Of a stretch of DNA of 64,000 nucleotides, positions 32,188 to 48,103 are shown in pieces; positions within the stretch are counted from its first letter, which is position 1, and each line of letters opens with the position of its first letter. Origin of the DNA: the human T2T-CHM13v2.0 reference genome, Homo sapiens. The notes beneath the pieces are model-generated. The model was not told the DNA's origin, made no database searches, and was given only the letters and a program-made list of their open reading frames with translations. The DNA lies in the NCBI RefSeq assembly GCF_009914755.1, contig NC_060930.1. One strand, written 5' to 3'. Made by a program: the position numbers and the translations under genes.

Positions 32188-34171
32188 TAGCCCCATATTT
32201 ATTACATTTAATGAAATAAAACTCTGATATAAAAAGTTGATATTTTATCATTCAAGGACAAAGCCCAAAAGGAGATTAAATAACTTCCATACTCTCACTT
32301 TCCCTTCCTATTTTATTACCTTTTTCTTCAGTATCCCTTTCAGTGTAATGATGACATATAACTTTAGATACAAATTTCTAATTATATCCTATACCTATTT
32401 TATAAATATTACAGTCATATTTTTGATGACCTTATAAATAAAAACATGGAACTCATATTCATTTTCTTCAAAACTAAGCTCATAATATTTCCTCCCAATT
32501 ATCCTTTTCCCTATATTTTATTTTTGAGACATTGTTGCCTATTTCACAAATATGGTTGTCAACTTAGACTTCTCCATTTACCTCATATTCAATGTGCAGT
32601 TTCTACCAATGCATAACAATTTTATTCACAAATATCTCTTCTTTCCCCCATTCCCATTATAAGAGATTCAAGTTACTTCTTAGTTCTGCTCTGTTGCAAT
32701 TCAGTAGAAGTTTAAATAATAAATTCAATCTGTGATACACCATTTTGAGATTATGCTCCATACATGTCCTCTTCTCTTATTCTTCCTGATTTCACTGAAC
32801 AACTGCAAACATGGAGATAGTCCAAAGAAGAAAATGTCTGATTTGGTGGCACATCACCCTTAACAAACCCTATATAAGGGATTATCTTAGTTCTAGTTAT
32901 TTGTGTTAGAGGCACATATATTATCTGTATTTGTCTATTTTAACTGTGTTTTTGCAAATCTGGGATTCTAACAGCATTTCAGATATGATTGAGAAATGTG
33001 AATGAACAAAAGGCAATATATTAATGTCAGATTTCTAGGTATGATACTTGAATGCTGTGTACATGTGGTAATGAGAAACAAAAAGAAGTTCAATATGAAC
33101 TACTTTGTTTGATATATATCTATCAGGTACTTCAGTGTGTTTCTGTTTCCCAAAGGAATGTATATGATAATTAGTCTTGTGGTGAAGCACATATTTCTAA
33201 ATGACTACCCTGATTCCATTGTAGGTAAAGGGAACAAATAGAAACTGTTCTTATAAAAATATGAAATACGATATTAATGGCCTAAGTTGTATACTTCCCT
33301 TGAGACCTTCACCTTTAATAACCTCCAGGATTATAGATAAAACTGAGGTAGTAATCATTACTGAAATGGATTTTCTGGCAGAATTAGACTTCACCTCCAA
33401 GAATCAATAATCATTTGAAGCTAACAGGGTGATTAAATGACCTCCTTTTTATTTTTCCTCATGTCGAGTTGCTTTTTCATCTTGATTTAGAGTCACACTG
33501 TTAGAAACAAAGATAAACTGAGGACTTAGGACATTAGAGCAGCAACTTGAGACTTATTCATTATCAAGGTTAAAGGCTCCCTTCCTTCAATCAAGGTATT
33601 TTTAGGTAATCAATGCATTCCAAAGGAAAAACTGAACACTCTAGGCGCAGACTGTATAAACACCACCATCTAAGGCTGCTTCTCCTTTTTAAAGATATGC
33701 ACCATTAGCTTTGCTATGGCAGGTGCTATTTTTTTTATTTAATAATTTACCATGTCAGTGATGCTTGAGGATATCTTTGCATTGACTGATAATGATGTCA
33801 TTAATTCTTTTCATCCAAGAAGTTTATCCCTCCCATCTTTTTACAGTCCAGAAAAGAACTGCCTTAAGTTGGCAGCAACTTAATTCTACTAACCAAATAT
33901 TTTCTACCATATGTAGAAAATGCAGCCAATTCCCAAAAGTTTTTCATAGTTTGAATTCTCAATTACTATGTAAAGAACTCTACTGACAAAACTATTTAGT
34001 TTGTGTGTGTGTGTATGTGTGATGTGTGTATGTGTGTGTGTCCTAATATGCACTTATCACAATATGGAAAGGAAATATTAGCGTTCATGTGCAAGAAATA
34101 ATTACGATTCAAAAAATAAAAAATATAGAATTCAATAAAATTCAAAGCAAACACAGTTTTATCTCTTATCC

Positions 34172-34174
<3 letters not shown>

Positions 34175-34222
<48 letters not shown>
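34175..34222. repeat. (GATA)12 tetranucleotide STR
   Basis: 12 uninterrupted units. Confidence 0.97.
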
Positions 34223-34899
34223 CACATAAAGAGAGAGAGAGAGATCTGGTGAGTGCACATGTGTATATACACACATATATGCACAAAGGAATAAAAAAGA
34301 GAGAGTCCATCTTTAGGTATATACTGTAAGTGTATTATTAACCTATTGCCCATACTTTTCTGACTCTGAACATAATAGTTTTTATGTATAACTACTTCTA
34401 TCTTAAGCCTTTGTTTCTTCATAGATTGAACATGTTTCATTTCTTTAAAAGTATATTTTATGTTTGAAGTCATAACCTTGATTAATAAGATTATAACAGC
34501 AAGTTAGAAACTAACAATTATCATGCACTTTCTTTGCAAAATATTTTCAAAATATAATTTACAATTAATGAACCTCATTTCTGAAAAGCTTTTATAGAGC
34601 TACTTGGTAACTAGAAGATGATTTTCAAAATGTTGAAACTGGATATCTGAATTTTAAATACTTTTGCCACTGCCATGACAGTCATTTAGGGAAAATATTA
34701 GTCTTCTTAAATAAATTGATTTTTAAAAATATTTTTTAACACCGCTAAGTGTCCTACTGTTCCTTTTCAAGTGCAGAATGTAATTTCACTTCATTTCTAC
34801 ATAGTTAACAGTTTGAAAGGGAGATATTCAGCTAATACATTTACAGTTCTGTTTATTCATTCTCACATTCATTTACAAACCTTTAATACTGTCCATATA

Positions 34900-35820
34900 A
34901 TTCTCACAAGGACACAGAGATGCTCTGTACTTCTCATAGATCCCTATCAGGGTACACATTTTATAACTTTTTGTGAAGTTAATTTTGATCAGTGTGACCA
35001 GGTATTATCAGTCCAATCCATCTACATAATATTCATTGTCAGGTTTTTACCTAAATGGTTTAGACGATCAATGCTGATTGTCTACCTGCTTTATTTATTT
35101 AGGAGTTGCAAAATAATTCTATTCTAATTCTACCATGTATTTCCCATTCACTAACTGCAATTCATTACATTATTCTAAGTATCATAAAGTGTATTTTACA
35201 TAGACATTAAGGAATATGTTCTGATGTTTATTAATTATTGAGAATAATAATTGGTTCTCAAAAATGTAATAAAAGTGAGAAATATATTTTTATTTTACTT
35301 ACAATTGCAGTAATATTAGCATGCTTGATATGCTTCAATCTATTGCAGTAATTATTTTTGATGCTCATATTGTCCTATCTTTGACCAGAGGCATCATTCA
35401 AAGTTTTGTTTTGTTTTATTTAATATGAGCCTAATAAGCTTTATCACTTTCATGATATCTTGTATAATGTGATGTTCCAAGCACCTCTTGCACCATTTTT
35501 ACTTCAGACCTGGAATTAGTCATTTCCTCAAGGAGCTTTGATTATTATTAATACAATGTGTTTAGTGATCACAACCTGGGCACTAAAGTTTCTCCTTACT
35601 ATGTTATTGTTCATTGTTTCTAGAGTTTTGATAAATGCAGCTAAGAATATATGCCTTTTTTAATAAGAGAAAAAACACATCATGGATTCATACTAATATG
35701 TCCAATTACACTTCAGAATTATCGTGTTTTGTATTATTTGATTTTATATTTATCTACATTTTATAATCTGAAAAATATTGATTTCTAATGACATTAGCTT
35801 ATTTACTTATTTGACTTATC
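34900..35820 (-). mobile_element. L1MC4/5-like 3' relic
   Basis: TTTTGATGCTCATATTGTCC..GATGTTCCAAGC..CAGACCTGGAATTAGTCATTTCCTCAAGGAGC..ACAACCTGGGCACTA. Confidence 0.6.
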
Positions 35821-35844
35821 CTCATAGATGAGTGCTTATACATA

Positions 35845-36290
35845 CAGTAGTATGCTGTTAAATGTTAAGCATTGAAAAATAAACTCCCTGGAGAAATAAA
35901 AACATCCCTGGTTTGTAGCATTTGCTTATTTCCATGGAGTAAATACACCCACTATGGTTGATTTCAGGCTGCTATCATGGCACCACTGAATGCAAAGTTC
36001 AGGAAGATGCACTGTCATGCAGGGGTCTCTAATATGTTCACCATACAGGTACAATAGATGTAAATAATCTTAAGATCACAGATGTCATAAAATAGAGTAA
36101 AGTAATTAAGAAGTGATGAATTGTTGAAAATTTATTAACCTTATTTTAAAACGAAATATATTTAGTTGTGAGGTTTTATGATTAATTTTTTAATAATAAC
36201 TGCATTTAACACTGGGTTCACAAAGTTACTGAAAATTCAATGACCAGGTTTCACACAAGGTGGTACAAAGTTGGCTCAATCACACCAGTC
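35845..36290. mobile_element. MER63-type hAT (Blackjack) non-autonomous DNA transposon
   Basis: CAGTAGTATGCTGTTAAATG..TTTGTAGCATTTGC..CACCATACAGGTACAATAGATGTAAATAA..TGGCTCAATCACACCAGT, with degenerate TIRs. Confidence 0.8.
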
Positions 36291-36779
36291 CCTTATGTGT
36301 ACATACAATACATTTATTTTGATAATACCAAAATCATTACTAAAAATAAGATTATTAAAAATAAGTTTAAAATATTTTTGCTCTTAGGATATTTGCCAAT
36401 GTGTAAGCATAAATGATTGCAATTTGAAATCCCTTGAAATAATTTCTCTCTGTATACTTAGATCTTGTTAGAGACTATTTGTTTCATTTGGCTTTAAATA
36501 TTAAATATTTTTATTTTATGTTTTGGTGTAATTCTGTTTAATATTGTGTAAAACTTTTGCATGCTTCTAATGACAAATGAAATATATCATCAGAGAAATT
36601 GTAATTCTATCATTTGTCCATTTACCTTATTCTCTCCCTTCATTTATTGATAGCTATAGTATTTGGATTTTATTTAGTCTTACATTTACAGTTAGACAAA
36701 CATAATGTATTATTTATTTGATTTGATTAATACTAACTACAAATTTATAAGAAGTATAAAATGAATAGAGTGATATGTT

Positions 36780-37235
36780 AAGTGCCACTACAAACATGGA
36801 ATCAAATATATTTAGAAAGTAGAAAATCCTGTGGAATAAATAGCTCACCTTCTTAATCAGTTGCAAGACAAAGAGAATAAAAGAGTTTGGGTATTGTAGA
36901 TATAATGAGACTTAAGGTACATGTAAACCAAATGTAATATGTGGACCTTGTTTGGATCCTGAGTCAGTCAAAACATGAGAGAGAAACAGAGAAAGAGAGA
37001 GAAAGAAAGAGAATTCTGGGCACTTGAGCACTATTTTAACTGTTTTCTGGTATTTAGGAATTATTGTAATTCCTAAGTTTTTATTGAGAGTAAAAATAAT
37101 ATTGTGGCGGTGTTAAAAATAAAAGGTCTTTTTTTTTAAAGATATATAGTGAAGTTTTATGTATTTTTATAGGTATTGGTGATTACTGAACTTGAGTCAC
37201 GTGTCTATGGGGGTTCAAAATACCATTCTCAGAGA
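36780..37235 (+). mobile_element. L1ME-type 3'UTR relic
   Basis: GAGACTTAAGG..AACCAAATGTAATATGTGGACCTTGTTTGGATCCTGA..ATGGGGGTTCAAAATACCATTCTC. Confidence 0.65.
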
Positions 37236-37239
37236 TACA

Positions 37240-37540
37240 AATAAACACAAAATGAAGTCACTATCCTCAAGAGTCTTATTACACTGGTGTAGTTTTCAGG
37301 CTTGTAAACAATTATTACACTGTTGTTATATAGACGGTTTAAAGTCTGCTACATTGTAAAGAGTAGGGAGAAACTAAATCCATCTGGGGAATTAAGAAGG
37401 GCTTTATGGAGAGAAGGGTATTAATATATGTGTAAGAATTTGGGAGTGATCAATGAAAATGAGAATATTTCACACAACAATCCTTATTTGCAGAAAAAGG
37501 AGTTTTGAAAACTCGTGACATTTTCAAAAATAGTGAATAA
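37240..37540 (-). mobile_element. L2 relic
   Basis: AAGTCACTATCCTCAAGAGTCTTA..CTGGGGAATTAAGAAGGGCTTTATGGAGAG resembles antisense L2. Confidence 0.5.
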
Positions 37541-38618
37541 CAGATTAAGTTTATGTTTTTTCTAGATTATATTTTTTTTGAAAACTAAAAGTACTATACT
37601 TATGATGTGGTGTAATCCTTAATTGTATTTTTTTTATATCAGTGAAGTTAAAATTTTATATGTTATTAAAATTATGAAGTATTTTTAGTTCATGAAAATT
37701 AATTATTATATTTAAAGTATGTGAGATAAATCAGCTATGTCAGGTATACAAAAAAGTAGCTACTGAAATGGCTTTCTGTGAACTAAATTATTCAAAGCTT
37801 TATTTGAAATGTAAGTTATGCATTGCAATTGTGAAAATGAACCTATAGATTGCATTAGTGGGTCATTGATGAGAATATATCAGTCCCTCTTATCCACAGA
37901 ACTCATAATCATGCTAATGAGAGCATTTGACAATTTGAATATAAGTTTAATTTTTAAGAAGGATGAAACCTAAGAAGACCATATTAAGATACTTTCTAAA
38001 ACACTATTAGATCAATATGCAGTACTTAACAAATTATAGGACTCTGGGGATTCTTTTCCAAATGGGAAGGTAAAGGTATATGTAATCTGAAAATGATCCC
38101 ACAGTAATTTTAAAGAACTTTGCGTCCTTTACACTTACCTTGAATCCATCTAGAATCACAGACCCAATCTAAATGACAAAGGCACATACTTAAGTATGAA
38201 AATATTGTTGGGGAGAAACAGGTACAAAGTGTGTTCCAAGTTTTGACATTTTTTAAATAAAAGCATTTGATATTAAGAAAGAAGGGGGGAAAACAGGCAA
38301 TGATGATTAAAGAGATGAAGAGAAAGTTAGAAAACCAAAATTATAGCATAGGAAAGAAGGATACTGAAGGGATTCAGAAAGAAGGAAAAGGAAAAATCAG
38401 AAGGAACATTAAGGACAAAGAGAGGAATATCTATTGCCCAGTCATGGCCATGGAAGTATTCATCCCCCGTCCACTAATTTTATATTTATTTTCTTTAACA
38501 AGGTTTTACCATTTTATTTTTTTCAAATTAGTTTTAAATCTCAATTTTATATATAACCATTTATAAAAACAAATAGTGCTTCCTTATGTTTCACTGGTTC
38601 CCCAATCTCGAATTCTGA

Positions 38619-38992
<374 letters not shown>

Positions 38993-40108
38993 GCATGTTC
39001 TTCTATTTCTTGATTTTGTGTTCTATTCAATTCTTCCATATGCTGGTAATCCATTGCTGGGTTTTTAAGATATATAGGCCTTCTAAGATGAAATAGGAAA
39101 ATCTATTTTTCTTTCCACTTCTCCTCACAAACAAATATATCTTCCATATTTGACAATCTATAGATATAAATTAATAGGTAGCATGTTTTCAGTTTTTCAG
39201 TTATTAATGATTAAGAATATTGTTCAGTATGAGACATGTTTGCAATGTGGTTTTATTTCCTCCTTTTGGCTTGCTGCCCGTTTTACTTTATATATAACAA
39301 CAACTTTTCTTGCAACTCTCTGGAAGTGTAAATCTATATTCCCACTCCAGAAGCCATAATATTAGTGCCTATCAGGACTTTTTTTTTTTCTGCAGGCTGG
39401 TTGTATTTTAGGATTTCCATTTGTCATTATTCACAGTATTATTTTTATCTCTCCTTACTTACCTTCCTCCCTTTTCTTGAGCACATTTATTCTTCATCTT
39501 CAGGAAAAGGACAATATAGGAGATAGCTTCGATATTTTGTGTGTCAGAAAACATCATCAGTCCACTTGCTAGCAGAACACTAAGTTACCTGCTCATAGAA
39601 TTTTAGGTGGAAAATTATTTTTTTCAAGAATTTTCAAAGCATTTCCAGCCACCCTCACTGTTCCTGATACTATTGAAAATACAAAGACGTTGTCCTTCTT
39701 GGTGTTTTAGATGTAACCTTTTAGTATTCTTTCGGGGGCTGTTAAGATTATAATTTTTTATTCCTAGAGTTCTAACATTTTATAATGATGTATCTTATTG
39801 GGGGTTTTCAAACTTTCTTGTTCTAAGCAATCAGTAAAACTTTTTGAGTCTAAACATTCACATTTTCCTATTCTGATAAAAGTTTTTGACCAATTTCCTT
39901 CATAAGAAAATACATTATTTTTGCAACCCCTATTATTCAGAAGAATAGCTAGTTGACTACCCAGATTGATCTATTTTTTTCCTCTTTACTTATTTATTTT
40001 TTGTGCCTTTTTTCTTTCTCTAATGTTTCTTTAGACTTATCTTCAAAATTGTACATTTAGTTTTTAATGCATTTCCTTCAATATATAGACCAATATATAT
40101 TTTACACA

Positions 40109-40121
40109 TATCTATCTATCC

Positions 40122-40164
<43 letters not shown>
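40109..40164. repeat. (TATC)3 CATC (TATC)10 STR
   Basis: Direct reading. Confidence 0.93.
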
Positions 40165-40569
40165 GAGAGACAGAACGAGAAAGGGGCCTAGGCTTTAGCA
40201 TACAATATATTGAGACTTCTCCTTTTCATTTCCTATTTGTTTTTGTCTCTGCAGACTTATGATTAATATCATTTTAACACAATTTCAAGAAAGAGTAGAT
40301 CCAAAGACATACATGGAATCTATCCTTTTAAAATAACAGCCACTTCCATACATATTTTCTAATTCACTTTACTTATCCGCATTTCTTTATTTATTTTTCT
40401 TGATGTCTTATATGTCTCTTTTTAGCACTTATTTATTCCTTTCCTCTTTTCATAATGTACTTACTAACAGCATACAAAATATTTTGTGAGATTCCTACTC
40501 AAAACCTTTTTATATTGTTCATCCTACTTTTCTTATTATATATTTCTTTTACTTCTCATCTTTGTTATT

Positions 40570-41310
40570 TGATTTTTTAATATTTTCATTGTGGTAAATG
40601 CTATATGTACAAATGTAAAAAATTGATATGTATGATTTAAAGAAATGGTTAAATAAGTACCCATACCCTCCACAAAAATAAATAAAATGTAGCAACTACC
40701 TTAGAAGCCCACTGTGCTGCCCACTAAAATATCCCATTATTTCTTTCCCTAGAAGTTACATCGGTCCTGAGTTGTGCACATACCTCTTACTTGCAAAAAT
40801 AAAATATTTGATTCGAATATTTGAACCAACGCTTTTTACAAAATGAATGAAATAAATATGTTCTTTTGTGACTTGGTCCATTCACTCAACGTAACGTTTT
40901 TGAGTTTTAATCATGCTGTTACATTTAGCTATATTTCCTTCATTTTTTGCTGCTGAAAGAAATCCATTGTATATACATACCACAATTTCTTAATTAATTC
41001 TATGATTGTTATATATTTTTATTTCCATGTATTTGCTATTATGTAAAATATAGCTAAAACATTTCTTTTTGTGGTTCTTTATGTATATATGCAAAAAATT
41101 GAAGAGTATAAACAAAATAATAAAATACAAAGAGTTGTGAATACTCTTCTCACATTCAGAGAAATGACTGAATGATAAGAATATGAGAATTTTCCATTTA
41201 ATATGCAATTACAAACCTTTACCAAAGTGACTGTATCAATTTACATTATTATCAGTTGCATAAGGCATTTCATCAATCAACCTGTTTCAGAAAATTCGAT
41301 ATTAATAGAA
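40570..41310 (-). mobile_element. L1ME-type 3' relic
   Basis: TTCTTTTGTGACTTGG..CATTCACTCAAC..TTCATTTTTTGCTGCTG..TCCATTGTAT..ACCACAATTT..CCAAAGTGACTGTATCAATTTACA. Confidence 0.6.
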
Positions 41311-43334
41311 TTACATTGATGGTATTGACCATAAGGGTCTCAGGCTTTTGCAGTTTCTTGTGAACCTTACTTGATTTTTTGCAGGAGTGGGAAGGAGAGG
41401 TCTACCTTTTGTCTCTTGTTCCTCATGCCTGATGTTGGGTTCAGTGCACCTTCCCTAATGAAAGCCATCCCTTCATATGTTCACTTGCCAGACTTTCTGA
41501 TATACTTCTATTTTAATATGAGCATAACTTCAAAATACTTTTCTTAGCTATTTATTCCACATGCAATTGCACACTCTAAACAATACTTCAGATAATCTAG
41601 TCTGCTATATTGCAAGAATAGGAGTTCCCTGTTTTATTTTAAACAGGATGAAAAAATAAAATACATGATTCTAACAAAAGAGACTACAGAAATTTTAAAG
41701 TTCTAAATTTATTTTCATTTACTATTGGTTGTTGTTTCACCCAGTATTGCAGAAACACTAACAAACCAAGAGCAATAACTAACAAGATTTATGAAACTAT
41801 AAAATTCACATTATTCACTTCTCTGTAGCTCATTTTCCTAATCTGTGTATGGCAATAATAATAAAATTAACTTTATGAAACTTTATAAAAGTGCCTACCA
41901 CTTATTTTAACTATTCCTTTTTAACTATTAGTGAAACCATCATATGCATATAAATTGAAATATATGATACCATAAATTTCTGAAAACAGTCATTAAAAAA
42001 ATCTTTTCTTCTCAAACTTTTGCTCTCACATTCTCTCATAAACAGCACACTCACTTACACCCACACAATAGAAAGCTTTGAAATTCATGGAGAACGAAAC
42101 TGAATTTCATAAATAAATCTTGAAAGTGATTTGAAATAACAGAAAAAATATGTGCCAGTGTTGGAATATATTTAAAGAATTGAACAAATTCCTATAGAGT
42201 TGATCAACATTTGCAGAGGCTGAAAGTACATGCCCCTCAGAATCACAAAATAAGGAACTTCATTTGAAATATATAAGCTGAGAAATATACAGCATTGGAT
42301 TGAAAAAAATAGTTAACATCTTTAGGAGATTTTTATAATAGAAGTCTCTATTCATCCTTAATTCAAATCTTGCTCTTTGAATGCTTAATTTAATGTAGCT
42401 GGGCCAATCCATCATTCAAAAGCCTCTTGAGTGCCTACTATGTGCTCAGCATGGGAGTAGCAGAATCAGACACCTCTGACATTTTGATAGGTTGATCTGA
42501 TTTTCTGTCACTTGTCTTTTAGGCTCCGCTAGAAAGAACAAACCTGGAAGTAGCAGGCTCTATTCCTTCAGGGAAATCTTAATGAGACCGAGAAGTTCAG
42601 ACTGACAACCTGCAATCAGACCTGATTTTACTGCATTTCTTTCAGACTGAACATTGGTCGTTTCTTTATGCTTCTTTATAAGTCCTTTATCTTCAAGCAT
42701 TTCATTTTTACATACTTATACATGAAAAAATTAATGAAAGCTTTGATTTTGTCAAATAAATGATTGTAGTAGACCCTGACCTCAATTCGTAGTAAAAAGA
42801 TGTTACATTTCAAATTGAAATACAAACTTAAAAATCTTCTTCACCTTTCAAATATTAATAGGGAAAGTCTAAAATAATTTGCAGATTTGACTTCCAATTG
42901 TTCCTTCAGTTTTCATGCTTTAATTTCTTCTGACATAAACTTAAACTACATAAAGCCATTTTTGTAGTTTTTGACATAATTTATCTTATCTAGTCCTAAA
43001 TTCTTTATTATTATCTATTTGTGTTGCTACAATGCTAGGTCATTTTTCTTTATTTGTTATTATTAATTAGTATTTAATACATAATTCCCTTGCCCATACT
43101 GTTTTGAGAATCATGCTAGAATCAGGGATTGCAATTAGTAAACACAAAATAAAAAATCACTTCTGTTGTAGTTGGGCCCATAATAGATCTCCAGATCTAA
43201 CACCTGAAATGTTAAGGCTTGTATTCAGGAGTGTAAATCTAGATTATCAGATTGGACCATGTTATAATATAAGAATCGGGAGCTATGTGTTTGAAACAAT
43301 ATGGAGATCTAATCATCAACTATAATTTCTTGGG

Positions 43335-43520
43335 AGGGTCAGATTTAGGTTTTGTGGTACCTGAAACTTCTATAATTTGGGAGGTCTTTAAAAAAAACAG
43401 AAAGATAAATTACTACTACAAAAATTATGTTTGTGTTAATTACAAAAGGCTTTAGAAAGAAATAGTGCTAATTTGAGACCCTAAAATTTAAGCTTTATCT
43501 GATTCACTAAATGTGCCTTA
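43335..43520. mobile_element. MER91-like hAT-Tip100 MITE
   Basis: GATTTAGGTTTTGTGGTACCTGAAACTTCTATAATTTGGGAGG..GACCCTAAAATTTAAGCTTTAT..TAAATGTGCCT. Confidence 0.6.
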
Positions 43521-44894
43521 CTGATGAAATTTACAGTGAGTATAATTTTAGATAAAATACAGTATCTATGTGTTTAGCATTGCCTAATACATCTAATTGA
43601 TAAGGAAGTTATCTCAGTGCTAAAATACATAATGTGATGAGACTTCTTAAAAGGGTTCTAAAACCACAGATCCTGATGAGCACAAGCATTGTATTAAATT
43701 TACAGTTGATGAAATTGACAAATTTCATTTTGCAGGACTAGGGAAAGCTGAGGTAGAATAAATGAAACAAAGATAATTATAAGGAGGAGAGGAGAAAATG
43801 CACTGTGATGCACAAAGAGACAAAACGCTTCAGAGAAATAATGGCAATTTTAAATACAATTTGTATATACGTAAATAATGTTAGAAATTATTTAATAATA
43901 AAAATAACATTTATGTAAGATAGAAAAGAACTTTCAAGTGCAAAACTATTGGCCAAACTGCTATCATTTTGATGTGCAAAAGAGTACGCAAATGGCTTAG
44001 ATTTAATGATAAGTCATTCAATTTATTTATCAGATGGATATCTTATGGAAAGTTGGAGACTATTTTTCCTTTGGACCTTTTCCTTGGACTATATTTGACC
44101 TGCTGCTTTATAAAAAAATGTAAGTGTCACATTTTATTTCATCTTTAGAAATGACAGACTCGTGTTTTAGTGACTTAATCTGTGAGTTAGTAATTCTACA
44201 TAGAAGCATAAGTCCATGACAACAGAATAAATCAGAAAAAAAGAGGTTTATAAAAAAAGAAATAATTGGTATTGTAAAAGTTATTCATAAAAATGTGAGT
44301 GTAACTAGGGGGCAAATAATTTTGTAGCATGTCATGCACTGAAGGGAAGTAACAGAGTTATAAATGTGATTATGCTTCTTGAGATAACATTTAATTGATT
44401 GTAAACTGACTTGAATATTGTCATTAAAAAGAATTTTAGATAAAATATATATAAAAATAGCACAGGAATTGAATGGTTGAGAATCTTAAAGATAAAATAA
44501 TAAATTATTATGTATTTGTATGAAGGTTTTCAACAATTATAATGGCTGAAGTCAAAATACCAGTTGGATTGGGGCAACAGATTGACAATTTATTTCACAC
44601 TTAGAGACCACAAGTAGCCACCTGAAAAACAAAGGCCCACTGATCTCATGCAGCAATTAAATTATCTGTTGCATATAACAAAATGCTGTAACATTTATTT
44701 ATGATTAAAATTAATTAAATTAGGTAAAAATGAAATGCTGTAGTGAAACAATTAAAATTAATACATCAAATCAAATTACTGAAAAGCTACTAGAAATGTA
44801 TCAATTTCTGCTCAAGAAGAAGCATTAATTTTATGTATCCACTATTAAGTACTTTGCAAGAAATATTGTACAATTATATGCAATTAATTCACCT

Positions 44895-45045
44895 GGCCTG
44901 TGAAAGCAACCAGGATGGGGGCTGTATCTGTAAAGCCACAGGGACAATGCTACTACCCAAGTCATTGGAACCCACCACTTGCATCAGCATGACCTGGATG
45001 TGAGATATGGGATCAAAAAAGATCATTTTGGAGCTTTAAGATTTG
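44895..45045 (+). mobile_element. Isolated THE1/MST internal-region fragment without LTR
   Basis: GCCTGTGAAAGC..GCATCAGCATGACCTGGATGTGAGATATGG..GATCATTTTGGAGCTTTAAGATTTG, homologous to the reverse complement of ~30530-30683. Confidence 0.85.
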
Positions 45046-45157
45046 TATGCTCTTTCAAGTAAAGCTTTACTCAGTTATTGAAAATAAAATAATCACTGAT
45101 TTTTTAATTAAAAAGTTTCGAAAGAAACCTGAGGCTCTTGAAGTAAAACTAAAACTA

Positions 45158-45461
<304 letters not shown>

Positions 45462-45744
45462 ACTAAAACTAATGTCAAGATGCTCTGATGCAGTACATTT
45501 TGTTTGCTAAAAAATGGTTCAACAGTACAAATTGAGGGAGCTTGTGTTTGATTCTCACCCATGTGTTTTTATTATGACTTATCTTTGGTAACTTATTTTA
45601 CAAGTCCATGTAGAGACTCTGCAGCAGTGTGACTTTTCTTTTTTCCTCTCATTTATTAGATTTTTGTGTCTCATAGGTTATTTATAATGGCAGTTTTGTA
45701 CAACTCAGAGTAGAAGTGAGGCAGAGCAGAGATGCAAGATGACT

Positions 45745-45965
45745 TCACAGTTAAAGGAAGGTTACCTAGAGCAAGACACTTTGGGTTAAATCATGTATGT
45801 ACCAGGTACAATAAATGTGACTTCATCAATGTTACTTTTCATCTCTGTGCCTTAATATCCTTTTAATACAGAGATAATTATTATAGCTACCTTTTATGGT
45901 TTCTTTGAGAATTTAAAGTGTTAATATGTTTGTGAAGCCATATAAAAATGCTGGCACTAAATTAA
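45745..45965 (+). mobile_element. MIR
   Basis: AGAGCAAGACACTTTGGGTTAAATC..TGTGAC..CTCTGTGCCTTAAT..GATAATTATTATAGCTACC..TGCTGGCAC. Confidence 0.7.
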
Positions 45966-46403
45966 TATTTTTAAACATTTATAGAAAACCCAGAGTCCCC
46001 TTTGACCATCATCCCCTATAACAATATACTTAGAATTATATACTTGTTAAGTGTATTACTTAACTACTCCATGTGAATTTACACATTTACACTCTGTGTG
46101 TATAGAATGTGTTATTTTTTAAAAATGAAAAGTATCGTACTCTTCTTAACTCTTTTAGTCTGGTTTATTGACTAAAAGAGTTTACAGACAGTTAATTTAC
46201 AGACAGTTAAATTAATCTGTATGTAGTATATGGTATATGGTATAGATTAGGGCTTCCTTTTATGCATATTGAGGGAATAAAATTGTTTTCATATCATTTG
46301 TTAAACAGGCTGAATTGCCTTTGCTCCTTTATTAGAGCAACTGACCATATTTCTTCAAGCTTTTTTATAGACTTGACACATTTTTCTAACCTAGAGGTAC
46401 ATT

Positions 46404-47644
<1,241 letters not shown>

Positions 47645-47884
47645 AGCCTAGATGAAAATTAATCTAGAGTTATATTTTTATGACAAAACCACAGTGTACT
47701 GACTACTATAACCAGATAGTAAGCCTTAAAATCAGTTTGAGTGAGTACTCTAAATTATTTTTCAAAAATTTTTATTAGTCTAAGCTCTTTTTTCATTATA
47801 TTTTTAAAAATCATTCTGTCAATATTCTACAGAAATGCATTCTGAGTGTTTTTCCCAAGATCTAAAAATAATATTGATAATTGA

Positions 47885-48103
47885 TAATTTTTTCATTAAT
47901 ACATAATTATTGTACATATTTATGGCATACATGTGATATTTTGATACACACATATAATGTGTAATGATCAAATAGGGGTAGATAATATATCTATCACCCC
48001 AAACATTTGTCATTTCTTTTTGTTTTGGGAATATTTCAAATCCTCCTTTCTAGCTATTTTGAAATATACAATAAATTAATGTTAACTATAATTACCCTAC
48101 TGT
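47885..48103 (-). mobile_element. L1MA 3' terminal fragment
   Basis: TGTACATATTTATGGCATACATGTGATATTTTGATAC..GTAATGATCAAAT..CTAGCTATTTTGAAATATACAATAAATTA..CCCTACTGTG. Confidence 0.85.

Noticed and set aside
46181-46210. TTTACAGACAGTTAA repeated twice
   Set aside because: An ordinary 15-bp slippage duplication.
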